DNA of 64,000 nt. Source: Candidatus Avichristensenella intestinipullorum (GTDB lineage Bacteria > Bacillota > Clostridia > Christensenellales > Aristaeellaceae). A model generated the notes under the pieces. The model saw nothing but the letters and a program-made list of their open reading frames with translations, ran no database searches and was not told the DNA's origin. The position numbers and the translations under genes are program-made. The DNA lies in the NCBI GenBank assembly GCA_018713305.1, contig DVFI01000026.1, positions 5,484 through 69,483 on the forward strand. Direction: 5' to 3'. Each line of letters starts with the position of its first letter. Position 1 is the stretch's first letter. Positions 8,332 to 17,538 of the stretch are shown here, in pieces.

Positions 8332-8468
8332 CCACGCGCAGTATAGCGCGTGCGGACATCATCTGTCAAGGTCTGACAGAAAGATTGGCCGAAACATCCG
8401 TTCCGCACAGAATCAGGCGTTGCGCTTTGGGCTGTTTTCTGCGATAATAGCGGCACGGAGGCGAGGCT

Positions 8469-8759
8469 ATGACAAGCTTATGGGTACGGGAAATACGGCG
8501 GCATCGCATCGTGCGCAGCGAGACCGCGCCGCTGGCGGACGACGCAAGTCTTCTGGACGTGCTGGGCGCGCTGTGCGCCCGGATGGACGTTCCGCGCCCT
8601 CTGTTCCTGGCCAAGCATGCGCGCGAGTGGGCGCAGTTTGGGCAGACGTTTTTTTCGCCCGACCATTTTGTGGAATCCGTATCGTTTGACCGGCTGGAAA
8701 TCGAGCGCATCGACCCGGACGCCAAAAAAGCGCGGTCCAGCGACCCGCGCAACGGATGA
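8469..8759 (+). CDS. hypothetical protein (96 aa)
   Basis: GGAGG RBS 8 nt before the ATG. Balanced, non-repetitive composition, unlike the shadow ORFs. No family recognised. Confidence 0.5.
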   Translation: MTSLWVREIRRHRIVRSETAPLADDASLLDVLGALCARMDVPRPLFLAKHAREWAQFGQTFFSPDHFVESVSFDRLEIERIDPDAKKARSSDPRNG

Positions 8760-8826
8760 CGGACGCATACTCCTTTTTCACATGGGCATACTACGGCCAG
8801 ACTTTGAAAAGGAGTTGATTTTCAAC

Positions 8827-9027
8827 ATGGATCGCGTTTCGCTTTTGCTGGTTATCATCGGCGCCATCAACTGGGGCCTGATCGCGTTGTTTCAGTTTGA
8901 CCTGGTGGCCTATCTGTTTGGCGGGCAGGCGGCGCTGGTCAGCCGCATCATCTACGGCATCGTGGGCCTGGCCGGCCTTTGGTGCATTTCCCTGCTGTTC
9001 CGCGACCGGGAGCACGTCAAGGAATAA
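8827..9027 (+). CDS. DUF378-family small membrane protein (66 aa)
   Basis: MDRVSLLLVIIGAINWGLIALFQFDLVAYLFGG...IIYGIVGLAGLW has the typical DUF378 pattern. AAGGAG RBS is present. Confidence 0.75.
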   Translation: MDRVSLLLVIIGAINWGLIALFQFDLVAYLFGGQAALVSRIIYGIVGLAGLWCISLLFRDREHVKE

Positions 9028-9138
9028 GGGGCGCTCCGGACGAGCATTCCCCATTTCGCAAAACTTTTCTCCGGGCCGGGATCGCCGTCTTGTTTCGCGG
9101 CGCGCCCGGCCTTTGCGCATGTGCGCGGCGGCCCGCGC

Positions 9139-11349
9139 TCACTCCTCTTCCAGCAGCGGCGTCACCCTGCCGATATGGCAGCACAGCAGCCGGTGCAGCG
9201 GCCGCGTCAGGCAGACATAGAGCAGCCGCGCGTCCAGCGCGTCGTCCGGGAACGACGTCTCGCTCACGTCCGCCATCAGCACGCAGTCAAACTCCAGCCC
9301 CTTGACCAGAGACGCTGGAATCACCAGCACGCCGCCCTCATAGCGGGTATCCCCGTCGTGCACCAGCCTGGCATGCAGCGAGGCAGGCAGCGCCTTGGCG
9401 ATGGCCGCGCAGGCTTTGGCGTCCCGGTCGATGATGGCCACGGTATGCCATCCCTCCGCGCGCAGGCGCTCCGCCTGCCGGGCCAGAAACTCGTTCCGGG
9501 CGCGAACGCCTGCGCAGGCGTGCAGGGACGGCTCTTCTCCGTGCCTGAGCACGGGCCGCGCCAGTTGCTGGCCGGGGACCGGCCGCTTTCGGGCCACCCG
9601 GGAGGCAAAGAGCATGATTTCCATCGTGCTGCGATAGCTGGTGCGCAGCGGATGCAGCGTCACGCGCCCGTCAAAGACCGGCCCCGTAATCTCCTCCCAG
9701 GCCTCGATGCCCTCCCAGGCATGCACGCCCTGCATCAAATCCCCTACGATGGTAAAGGAGGTATTGCCCGTCAACTCCCGCAGCAGCCAGAATTGCAGCG
9801 GCGAAAAATCCTGCGCCTCGTCGATGACCGTATGCCGGATGTCGCGGCGCGGCAGCCCGAAGATGCGCTGCGCCATCAGCAGCAGCGGCGCCAAATCCTC
9901 CGCCGCCACCCGCTTTTTTTCCAGCATCTCCCGCTTTCTCCCGCACAGCGCATCCCACAGCGGGCGCTCCTCCTGCGAAATCGGCGGGTTCCACGCGTCG
10001 GAAAAGAATTCCCCGTACTGCGCCAGCAAGTCCAGCCTGGGCCAGCGCGCCATGGTTTCCTTCTCGAACGCCTTGCCGCGCTCGGCGAGTTCCTCCAGGC
10101 GCTTGTCCCGGCTGTCGTACAGCCGAATCATGCGGGCCCTGCGTTCCGGCCCGTCAGGCATGGAAGCCATGATTTGATCGGCCCGCCGCTCGCACTCGGT
10201 CTGATACCAGTCCGCCGCCTGCGCCTGCGCGGCCTTTCTCTTTTTCAAAAGATATTTGGGCATTTCCCGCACCCTGCGCTCAAAGGGAAACATGGCCAGT
10301 TCGTCCAGGAAAATGCGCCGGAGCTGTTCGTTCGTATACAGCACCGCCGCGCCAAAGGTCACGTCGCCTTCGGGCACCAGGCGCTGCTCCAGGCCCTCCA
10401 GATAGCGCAGCAGCAAATCCCGCATCCGCAGCGACCCGCAAAAGCGCAGCAGCGCCCCCTCGTGTGCGCGCTCCTCAGGGGTCCCGGCGAGCATACGGGC
10501 CAGCCTGTCCTCCGCCACCACGCGGGGCATCCGCTTGCCCAGCAGGCTCTCCGCATACCGGCGGAACGTGGTCTGGACCACCTGTTCGACGCCCAGGTCC
10601 GGCAGCGTGGCGGAGATGTAGTCCAGAAAGAGCGGGTTGGGCGCGAGAATCATCATCTGCGCCGGAGCGATGCGGCCCCGGTAGGCATAGAGCAGGTAGG
10701 CGATGCGGTGCAGCGCGATGGTGGTCTTGCCGGAGCCCGCCACGCCCTGCACAATCAGGGGCTGAAACGCCCTGTGCCGGATGACCACATTCTGCTCGGC
10801 CTGAATGGTGGACACCACGTCGCGCAGCCGGTCTCCCCGCGCCTCGCCCAGCACGCCCATCAGATAGGCGTCCTGCGCGGCCACGTCGGTATCAAAAATG
10901 GTCTCCAGCTTGCCATCCGAGACGCCCAGCTGGCGCTTGAGGGAAAGCGTTCCGGCAATTTCTCCGTCCGGCGCGCGATACCGCACGGGGCCGATTTGTC
11001 CCGCATAATAGAGGTTCGCCACCGGCGCGCGCCAGTCCACAACGACCGGCTCCATGCTCTCCGTGCGCATGACGCCCCATTTTCCGATGTAGTAGGTGTG
11101 CATGCGGCCTTCGCGCTCCGGCGTAAAGTCCACGCGGGTAAAGTAGGTCCGCTTCTCGGCCAGGCGCAGCTGATGCAGCGTCTGCGCCTTGATGCGCCAG
11201 AGGGCCTCGTCCACCTCCGGGTCTTCGGAGAAGTGCCCCGCTTCCAGCTCGCGCTGCGCGCGTTCCGTCTCCTCGCGCACGGTCTGAAGCGTCTCCTCCA
11301 GATGCGCCCGTTCCTCCTCCCATGCGGGATGCCGCGCCTGTGTGTCCAT
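9139..11349 (-). CDS. helD: UvrD-like helicase HelD (helicase IV; RNA polymerase recycling ATPase)
   Basis: N-terminal coiled coil, VVDWRAPVANLYY, Walker A VQGVAGSGKTTIALHRIAYLLY, DEAQDFSP. Start at ATG 11349 behind AAAGGAGG. Confidence 0.8.
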   Translation of the reverse strand: MDTQARHPAWEEERAHLEETLQTVREETERAQRELEAGHFSEDPEVDEALWRIKAQTLHQLRLAEKRTYFTRVDFTPEREGRMHTYYIGKWGVMRTESMEPVVVDWRAPVANLYYAGQIGPVRYRAPDGEIAGTLSLKRQLGVSDGKLETIFDTDVAAQDAYLMGVLGEARGDRLRDVVSTIQAEQNVVIRHRAFQPLIVQGVAGSGKTTIALHRIAYLLYAYRGRIAPAQMMILAPNPLFLDYISATLPDLGVEQVVQTTFRRYAESLLGKRMPRVVAEDRLARMLAGTPEERAHEGALLRFCGSLRMRDLLLRYLEGLEQRLVPEGDVTFGAAVLYTNEQLRRIFLDELAMFPFERRVREMPKYLLKKRKAAQAQAADWYQTECERRADQIMASMPDGPERRARMIRLYDSRDKRLEELAERGKAFEKETMARWPRLDLLAQYGEFFSDAWNPPISQEERPLWDALCGRKREMLEKKRVAAEDLAPLLLMAQRIFGLPRRDIRHTVIDEAQDFSPLQFWLLRELTGNTSFTIVGDLMQGVHAWEGIEAWEEITGPVFDGRVTLHPLRTSYRSTMEIMLFASRVARKRPVPGQQLARPVLRHGEEPSLHACAGVRARNEFLARQAERLRAEGWHTVAIIDRDAKACAAIAKALPASLHARLVHDGDTRYEGGVLVIPASLVKGLEFDCVLMADVSETSFPDDALDARLLYVCLTRPLHRLLCCHIGRVTPLLEEE

Positions 11350-11563
11350 ACGCCTCCTTTCGGCCCCTCCGGGGCTCCTTGTCCGGGATGTTGAGAAAAG
11401 CGCCGCGCGGCGGGCGAAAAGGCTTGCCGCGCTTGCTGCGCCGCCGGGGCGTGCCTGCCCGGGGCGCGCGCTGGAACGCTCCAAAAAAGAGGGGCCGCCC
11501 CGGTAGGAAGGGAGCGGCCATGCCGCGCCCTTCGCCGAAACAGCCTCTTGCTGCGCGCTGTTT

Positions 11564-13360
11564 TCAGCCGATGACGGCCTTAATCCTCCGCACGCCGGCG
11601 GAGGAGGATTCCTCCTTCTGAATCCGGAACTGCCCCAGCTCGCCCGTTCGCGCCGCGTGCGGGCCGCCGCAGATTTCCTTGGAAAACTCGCCCATGGTAT
11701 ACACCTTCACGCGCTCGCCGTACTTGCTTTCAAACAGGCCGATGGCGCCCTCCGCCTTGGCCTCGTCCACCGTCATCTCGCGGCAGTCCACCGGGGCGTC
11801 GGCCGCAATGGCCTCGTTGACGAGCCGCTGGACTTCGGCAATCTCCTCGGGGGTCATCTTGCGCCCGAAGGAAAAGTCAAAGCGCAGGCGTTCGGCGGTG
11901 ATGTTGGAGCCCTTCTGGGCCACGTCCGGCCCCAGCACCTTGCGCAGCGCCGCATGCAGCAGGTGCGTGGCGGTGTGCAGGCGCGCGGTCTGTTCGCCGG
12001 TGTCCGCCAGGCCGCCCTTGAAGCGCTGCTCCGCGCCGGCGTGCGACTTGAGCTGGTGCTCGCGGAACCGCTCGGCAAAGCCGTCCACGTCCACGGGCAG
12101 CCCATGCTCGCGCGCCAGCTCGACGGTCATCTCAATCGGGAAGCCATAGGTGTCGTAGAGCTTGAAGGCGCGCTTGCTGTCGATGAGGCGCGGCAGGTTG
12201 TACTTCTGGATGGACTGCAGGATTTTTTCGAATTCCCGCTCGCCCTGCCTGAGCGTGCGGGCGAAGCGCTGTTCCTCCAGCACCAGCTGCTCGCGGATGT
12301 GCGCGGCGTTCTCGCGCAGCTCGGGGTAGACGTCGCCGTACTGGTCGATGATGACCTGAGCCACCTCCGCGGTAAACCCGTCGGGCGCGCCCAGCTGCAT
12401 GCCGAAGCGCACCGCGCGGCGGATGAGGCGGCGCAGCACATACCCCTGGTCCACATTGGCCGGGGTGACGCCGCGCGGGTCGCCGATGATGAAGGTCGCC
12501 GTGCGCATATGGTCGGCAACAATCCGGAACGCGCGGGCGGTTTCCGCCTCGGGGTCATACGTTTTCCCGGTCAGCTCGCCGATGCGCGCCAGCACGCCGG
12601 AAAACAGCTCCGTTTCATAGACGCTCTTCTTGCCGGTCAGCACGCACAGCGTGCGCTCCAGCCCCATGCCCGTATCCACGTTGGGATGCTGCAGCGGCTG
12701 CAGGCCCTCGGCCGTGCCGTTGTACTGCATGAACACGTCGTTCCATATTTCCAGATACCGTCCGCAGCCGCAGGCCGGCGAGCAGTCCGGGCCGCAGGGC
12801 GGCTTGTCGGTGATGACGAACATCTCCGTATCCGGGCCGCAGGGGCCCAGGCCGCTGGGCAGGCCCCACCAGTTGTTTTCCTTGGGCAGGAAGAAAATCC
12901 GCTCTTCCGGCACGCCCACGCTGCGCCAGAGCTGATAGCTTTCCTCGTCGCGCGGCGCGTTCTCATCGCCTGCGAAAACGGAAAAGGCCAGCCGTTCCGC
13001 CGGAATGCCCAGGTATTCCGGGGACGTCAAAAACTCCCAGGACCAGGGAATCATCTCTTTTTTGAAATAGTCGCCCAGCGACCAGTTGCCCAGCATCTCA
13101 AAGAAGGTCAGATGCGAAGCGTCGCCCACCTCGTCGATATCGCCGGTCCGGATACATTTCTGCACATCCGTCAGCCGCTTGCCCGCCGGATGCGCCGCGC
13201 CCAGCAGATAAGGCACCAGCGGGTGCATGCCCGCGGTGGTAAACAGCACGGTCGGATCGTTTTCCGGAATAATCGAGGCGCTGGGAATGACGGCGTGGCC
13301 ATGTTTCTCAAAGAATTTCAGGAACATGCTGCGCAGGCCGGCAGCGGTGATTTCTTTCAC
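11564..13360 (-). CDS. alaS: alanine--tRNA ligase, short form (598 aa) that ends after the editing domain and has no C-Ala domain
   Basis: FTTAGMHPLVPYLLG, QKCIRTGDIDEVGD, HLTFFEMLGNWSLGDYFKKE, GPCGPDTEMF; editing motifs HTATHLLHAALRKVLG and GGPHAARTGELGQFRI...AGVRRIKAVIG-stop. Start at GTG 13360, 7 nt after AAAGGAG. Confidence 0.85.
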   Translation of the reverse strand: MKEITAAGLRSMFLKFFEKHGHAVIPSASIIPENDPTVLFTTAGMHPLVPYLLGAAHPAGKRLTDVQKCIRTGDIDEVGDASHLTFFEMLGNWSLGDYFKKEMIPWSWEFLTSPEYLGIPAERLAFSVFAGDENAPRDEESYQLWRSVGVPEERIFFLPKENNWWGLPSGLGPCGPDTEMFVITDKPPCGPDCSPACGCGRYLEIWNDVFMQYNGTAEGLQPLQHPNVDTGMGLERTLCVLTGKKSVYETELFSGVLARIGELTGKTYDPEAETARAFRIVADHMRTATFIIGDPRGVTPANVDQGYVLRRLIRRAVRFGMQLGAPDGFTAEVAQVIIDQYGDVYPELRENAAHIREQLVLEEQRFARTLRQGEREFEKILQSIQKYNLPRLIDSKRAFKLYDTYGFPIEMTVELAREHGLPVDVDGFAERFREHQLKSHAGAEQRFKGGLADTGEQTARLHTATHLLHAALRKVLGPDVAQKGSNITAERLRFDFSFGRKMTPEEIAEVQRLVNEAIAADAPVDCREMTVDEAKAEGAIGLFESKYGERVKVYTMGEFSKEICGGPHAARTGELGQFRIQKEESSSAGVRRIKAVIG

Positions 13361-13385
13361 GGTATCCACTCCTTTGCGAAGAGAC

Positions 13386-13415
13386 ATTATCGCATGCCGC
13401 GCCCCGTTTTGTCAA
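13386..13415 (-). promoter_or_regulatory. sigma-70-type promoter of the alaS-like gene
   Basis: TTGACA, 18 nt, then TGcGATAAT. The ORF-track ATG at 13387 lies inside the -10 element, which supports the downstream GTG start and a ~20-nt leader. Confidence 0.55.
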
Positions 13416-13468
13416 TCCAAAGCTTCAAATTCCGCGCGCGGCGGCCGACGCTTTTTTTGCGCCGCCCA

Positions 13469-13496
13469 TTGCCAAATCGCGTGGCTGTGGTATACT
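13469..13496 (+). promoter_or_regulatory. sigma-70-type promoter of the THF riboswitch-folT unit
   Basis: TTGCCA, 16 nt, then TGgTATACT (extended -10), immediately upstream of the riboswitch. Confidence 0.55.
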
Positions 13497-13499
13497 GAT

Positions 13500-13606
13500 G
13501 CCTGACAGAGTAGGGCTTTTGCGTCAAGTGCCGCCGGACGGGGAGTTGCCGCGCGGACGAAAGCGCGCACGCGCTGCGGTTCAAGGCCCGCATCCCGCTG
13601 TCGCAT
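13500..13606 (+). promoter_or_regulatory. THF (tetrahydrofolate) riboswitch, folT motif
   Basis: GACAG-AGUAG...GCGUCAAGUG...GGGGAGUU...ACGAAAGCG...GCGC...GCAUCCCGCUGUC aligns block by block with the crystallised Eubacterium siraeum THF aptamer (AGUAG, GCGUUAAGUG, GGGAUGU, ACGAAGCG, GCAUCCGCU). It precedes a folate ECF S-component gene. Confidence 0.85.
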
Positions 13607-13655
13607 ATTGGCGTCCTCCGATATGCGGCGAAGCTGTGTAGAAGGAGGGTTTTTT

Positions 13656-14228
13656 ATGTCCGTATCTTCCCCCCTGCCGTGCGGCGGCTACTGGCTTTCC
13701 GCCGGTCGCGCGCTGCGCGACGTGCGCATGATCACCTTTGCCGCGCTGATGGTGGCGCTGCGCGTGGTGCTGCGCGCGGCTTCCATCCCCATCACCGAGA
13801 GCCTGTACGTTTCCGTCTCGTTCCTGCCCAGCGCCCTGGGCGCCGTGGTGTGCGGCCCGTACCTGGCGCTTTTGTCCGGCGCGGCCAGCGATGTGCTGGG
13901 CTACCTGGCAGCCCCGCGCGGCGGGCCGTTTTATCCGCTCTTTACGCTGGTGTCCATGCTGGAATGCCTGCTGTACGCGCTGTTCCTCTTCCGCGCGCCT
14001 CTGCGCGTCTGGCGTGCCGCCGCGGCGAAGCTGTCCGTAAACGTGGTGTGCAACATCCTGCTGACGCCGGTGCTGCTGTCCTGGATGTACGGCCAGGCGA
14101 TTCGGGTCTATCTGGCGACGCGCGTGGTCAAGAACCTGCTGCTGTTCCCGCTGGAAGCGGCGCTGCTGTATCTGCTCCTTCGCGCCGCGCTGCCCGCGCT
14201 CGCCCGCCTGGGGTTCCGGGGCCGGTAG
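13656..14228 (+). CDS. folT: folate-family ECF transporter S component
   Basis: 190-aa polytopic membrane protein directly behind a THF riboswitch. GAAGGAGG RBS is present. Confidence 0.75.
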   Translation: MSVSSPLPCGGYWLSAGRALRDVRMITFAALMVALRVVLRAASIPITESLYVSVSFLPSALGAVVCGPYLALLSGAASDVLGYLAAPRGGPFYPLFTLVSMLECLLYALFLFRAPLRVWRAAAAKLSVNVVCNILLTPVLLSWMYGQAIRVYLATRVVKNLLLFPLEAALLYLLLRAALPALARLGFRGR

Positions 14229-14234
14229 CCTCCG

Positions 14235-15389
14235 CTAGTCCGCGTCGAGGATTTTGACCTCGACTTCAAACGTCAGATACTCGCCCTCCGGGATTTTTTC
14301 ATCCGCCCGGATGGACAGCAGGTTCGGGATGCGGTAGACCGTAACGGATACCGTATCCCCGATTTCGTGCGCGCGAATGGCGGACTGCACCTGCGCGCTG
14401 GTGGTGACGCGCTCGCCGTCCACTTCGAGGATGAGGTCGTCCGCCCGAATGCCCGCCGCCTCGGCCGGGCCGCCCGCCTCCACGCTGCGCACCCAGACGC
14501 TGCACGGCAGCATATCCTCCGTCGGCTCCATGGACGGGCTGTTGAGCTCCACCATTTCCAGGCCAATGCGCGGATACAGCACCCGGCCGTAGGCGACCAG
14601 GTCGGAAGCGATGGTCTTGACGCTGTTGATGGGGATGGCAAAGCCGATGCCCTCGATGGCCGCGTAGCCGAAATAGCCGTTGTTGGACAGCTTCATGGAC
14701 GTCACGCCCACCAGCTCGCCCGCAATGTTGAACAGGCCGCCGCCGCTGTTGCCGGAATTGATGGCGGCGTTCGTCTGAATCATGTCGGTGGAGCCGCTGC
14801 CCACGCCGCCCTGAACGGAATCCGCCATGTCGCGCCCCAACCCGCTGATTACGCCCACGGTCAGCGTGTTGGCAAACTGCTGCCCCAGCGGGTTGCCGAT
14901 GACCAGCGCCCAGTCGCCAACCGACAGCGCGTCGGAATCGCCCAGCACCGCGGCGGTCAGGCGCGCGTCCTCCACCCGCAGCACCGCCACGTCGCTGGCC
15001 GCGTCGCCCGCCACATATTCCGCCGGGTATTTCTCCTCGCCGCTGATGACATAAATGCCGTCGGCGCCTTCGACCACATGGTAATTCGTCAGCACATAAC
15101 CGGCCTCGTCAATCACCACGCCGGAGCCGACAAAGGAGGTGGTGGTCAGAATCCGGCCCTGGAAAACATCGGTCTTCAGCGTAATCTCAATGCCCACCAC
15201 CGACGGGCTGACCTGTTCATACACCGCCTTGAACGGGCTGTCCAAATCCGCGGCGGTCGCTCCGCCCTCGGCCAGCGCCAGCGCCGGAGGCGCGCTCTGC
15301 GCGTCCTGCGCCAGAGCGCCGGCGGCGAAGAACATCACGGCGGTCAGGGCAAGGGCCGTCCATCCGGCCCAGTATTTGCGAAACAGCAT
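14235..15389 (-). CDS. htrA: HtrA/DegP-family (S1C) serine protease with PDZ domain
   Basis: TM anchor, VLTNYHVV (His), TDMIQTNAAINSGNSGGGLF (catalytic Ser), and a C-terminal PDZ domain (GIRADDLILEVDG). Confidence 0.9.
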   Translation of the reverse strand: MLFRKYWAGWTALALTAVMFFAAGALAQDAQSAPPALALAEGGATAADLDSPFKAVYEQVSPSVVGIEITLKTDVFQGRILTTTSFVGSGVVIDEAGYVLTNYHVVEGADGIYVISGEEKYPAEYVAGDAASDVAVLRVEDARLTAAVLGDSDALSVGDWALVIGNPLGQQFANTLTVGVISGLGRDMADSVQGGVGSGSTDMIQTNAAINSGNSGGGLFNIAGELVGVTSMKLSNNGYFGYAAIEGIGFAIPINSVKTIASDLVAYGRVLYPRIGLEMVELNSPSMEPTEDMLPCSVWVRSVEAGGPAEAAGIRADDLILEVDGERVTTSAQVQSAIRAHEIGDTVSVTVYRIPNLLSIRADEKIPEGEYLTFEVEVKILDAD

Positions 15390-15413
15390 CGTGACATCTC
15401 CTTTCGGCGCGTA

Positions 15414-16826
15414 TTATCCCCGGTCGAGCGTAAATTCAAACCGCGCGCCTTCGCCCTGTGTGGAGAAAGCGCGAATGCTGTGGCCATGCTGCTCAATGAT
15501 GCTTTTGACAATGGCCAGCCCCAGCCCGGTTCCCTTGCCGGTGGTATGCGCCTTGTCCACCTTGTAGAAGCGCTCGAACACAAAGGGAAGATCGGCCTCC
15601 GGGATGCCCGGGCCCGTATCGGAGACGCTGATGTGGACGCCGTCGGAGGCCGTTTTGGTCTTGAGGGTAATGCAGCCGTGTTCGCCCCCGTATTTGATGG
15701 CGTTATCCAGAAGGTTGACCAGCACCTGTTCAATGCGGTCCGCGTCCGCGTTGACATAGCAGGTCTCGTGCTCAAAATCCATCTGCACGTCGATGCTGCG
15801 CTCGGTCAGCACGCTTTCCTGGCGTACCAGCACGCGGCAGATCATCTCGTTGATATCAAAGCGGGTCTTGGACAGCGGGGTCTTCCCGTTTTCAATGTGG
15901 GAAAGGTCCAGCAGGGTGGTGATGAGCTTATTGAGCCTGCGCGTTTCATCCAGGACGATGTTGAGATAATGCTCCCGCTCTCCTTCCGGCACGGTGCCGT
16001 CCAGGATGCCGTTGATGAATCCCTGCATGCTCGTCAGCGGCGAGCGCAGCTCATGGGAAACGTTGGCGACGAAATCGCGGCGCGTCTGCTCCAGACGTTC
16101 CAGGTCGTCCGCCATGCTGTTGAACGATTCCGCCAGCCGTCCCACCTCGTCCTGGCCCGTCACCTCCACGCGCTGCTTGAAATCCCCGTGCGAGAAGCGT
16201 TCCGCGGCGACGGCCATCTGCCGCAGCGGCCGGGTCATATAGCTGGACGCCAGCAGGATGAGAAACGCTCCGATGCTCATGGCCATCAGCACCGCGCGCA
16301 GGGTCTCCGCCAGGATTTCCCGATAGCTGGTCTCGATGCTCTGTTCGTTTGTGTGGATAAACACCGCGCCCAGCACCAGGCCGTCCTGGATATAGGGCAC
16401 GCCCACGATAAAAATCGGGTTGCCGGTAGTGGCGGACACCAGCGGGGCGCGTATTTCCCGCCCCTGCAGCACCTCGTTGAGCAGCGTGAGCGCAGCGGCC
16501 AGCGTCAGCTCATCGTCCTCCTGCTGCGTATCGCTGATGGGAATTACGTTGCGGTAACGGTCCACGATGAGCAGGCTCGCGCCAAAGTCCTCCATGATTT
16601 CCTGGCTCTTCCACAGCAGATACCTGTCGGTCTGCGCGGAGCCGAACACGCTGCGCTGTCCTGCCAGAAACGCCACGTCACGCGCCTGCATGGTCAGTTC
16701 GTCCAGGCGCGCGTCAATCTTATCGTCGCGAATGCGCTGATACAGCAGGAAGGAAAGCCCTCCCATCGCCATGAGCAGCACGGCCAGGAACACCGCCATC
16801 AGCCGGCCATAGAGCGTGCGGAACAT
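15414..16826 (-). CDS. sensor histidine kinase (two TM segments, HAMP, HisKA, HATPase_c)
   Basis: H-box FVANVSHELRSPLTSM, N-box VLVNLLDNAIKY, G-boxes DTGPGI and GTGLGLAIV. Confidence 0.9.
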   Translation of the reverse strand: MFRTLYGRLMAVFLAVLLMAMGGLSFLLYQRIRDDKIDARLDELTMQARDVAFLAGQRSVFGSAQTDRYLLWKSQEIMEDFGASLLIVDRYRNVIPISDTQQEDDELTLAAALTLLNEVLQGREIRAPLVSATTGNPIFIVGVPYIQDGLVLGAVFIHTNEQSIETSYREILAETLRAVLMAMSIGAFLILLASSYMTRPLRQMAVAAERFSHGDFKQRVEVTGQDEVGRLAESFNSMADDLERLEQTRRDFVANVSHELRSPLTSMQGFINGILDGTVPEGEREHYLNIVLDETRRLNKLITTLLDLSHIENGKTPLSKTRFDINEMICRVLVRQESVLTERSIDVQMDFEHETCYVNADADRIEQVLVNLLDNAIKYGGEHGCITLKTKTASDGVHISVSDTGPGIPEADLPFVFERFYKVDKAHTTGKGTGLGLAIVKSIIEQHGHSIRAFSTQGEGARFEFTLDRG

Positions 16827-16829
16827 GGG

Positions 16830-17519
16830 TCATTTCACCTCGAATTTATAGCCGACGCTCCAGACCGTCTTAATCTGCCAGCCGTATTTTTCGCAGTCCA
16901 CCAGCTTTTCGCGCAGGCGCTTGATATGCACGTCCACCGTGCGCGAATCGCCGAAGAAGTTAAAGCCCCAGACCTGCTCGAGCAGCTGCTGGCGGGTGAA
17001 CACCTGGTTGGCGTGGCTGGCCAGAAAATACAGCACCTCCAGCTCCTTGGGCGGCATCTCGATTTCCTGGCCCGCGTAGACCACGCTGTAACGGCTGATG
17101 TTGACGGTCAGCCCCGGGAAGGAAACCTCCTTGGCGGGGGTGTCGCCGGTCTGGTAGCGCCGGGCGACCGCCTTGATGCGCGCGACCATTTCCTTGGGTT
17201 CAAAGGGCTTGGTGATGTAGTCGTCCGCGCCCAGCTCCAGGCCCAGCACCTTGTCAAAGGTCTCGCCCTTGGCGGTCAACATGATGATGGGGATGTTGGA
17301 GGTGCGCCGCACTTCGCGGCAGACCTCCCAGCCGTCCATGCCCGGCAGCATGATGTCCAGCAGCATCAAATGCGGAGGATTCTTGCGGAACATCTCCAGC
17401 GCCGTATCGCCGCGGTCGGCGGTCTGCACGTCATAGCCTTCCTTTTCCAGATACAGTCGAACCAGCTGCGTGATGTTCGGGTCGTCGTCTACCAGCAGAA
17501 TGGTCATCTTCCCTTTCAT
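16830..17519 (-). CDS. OmpR/PhoB-family response regulator
   Basis: ILLVDDD, phospho-acceptor LMLLDIMLPGMDG, and a winged-helix C-terminus (VWGFNFFGDSRTVDVHIKRLREKL). Confidence 0.9.
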   Translation of the reverse strand: MKGKMTILLVDDDPNITQLVRLYLEKEGYDVQTADRGDTALEMFRKNPPHLMLLDIMLPGMDGWEVCREVRRTSNIPIIMLTAKGETFDKVLGLELGADDYITKPFEPKEMVARIKAVARRYQTGDTPAKEVSFPGLTVNISRYSVVYAGQEIEMPPKELEVLYFLASHANQVFTRQQLLEQVWGFNFFGDSRTVDVHIKRLREKLVDCEKYGWQIKTVWSVGYKFEVK

Positions 17520-17538
17520 CCTGTTTTCCCCCTTTCGC

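Noticed and set aside
9121-11394. 757-aa + strand ORF
   Set aside because: Antisense to helD.
13361-13655. T-box leader upstream of the alaS-like gene
   Set aside because: I read the minus strand for the T-box consensus (AAnnnGGGUGGUACCGCG), a specifier loop and a terminator/antiterminator, and none is present. A promoter lies only ~20 nt before the RBS. The structured RNA in this gap is the + strand THF riboswitch for folT.
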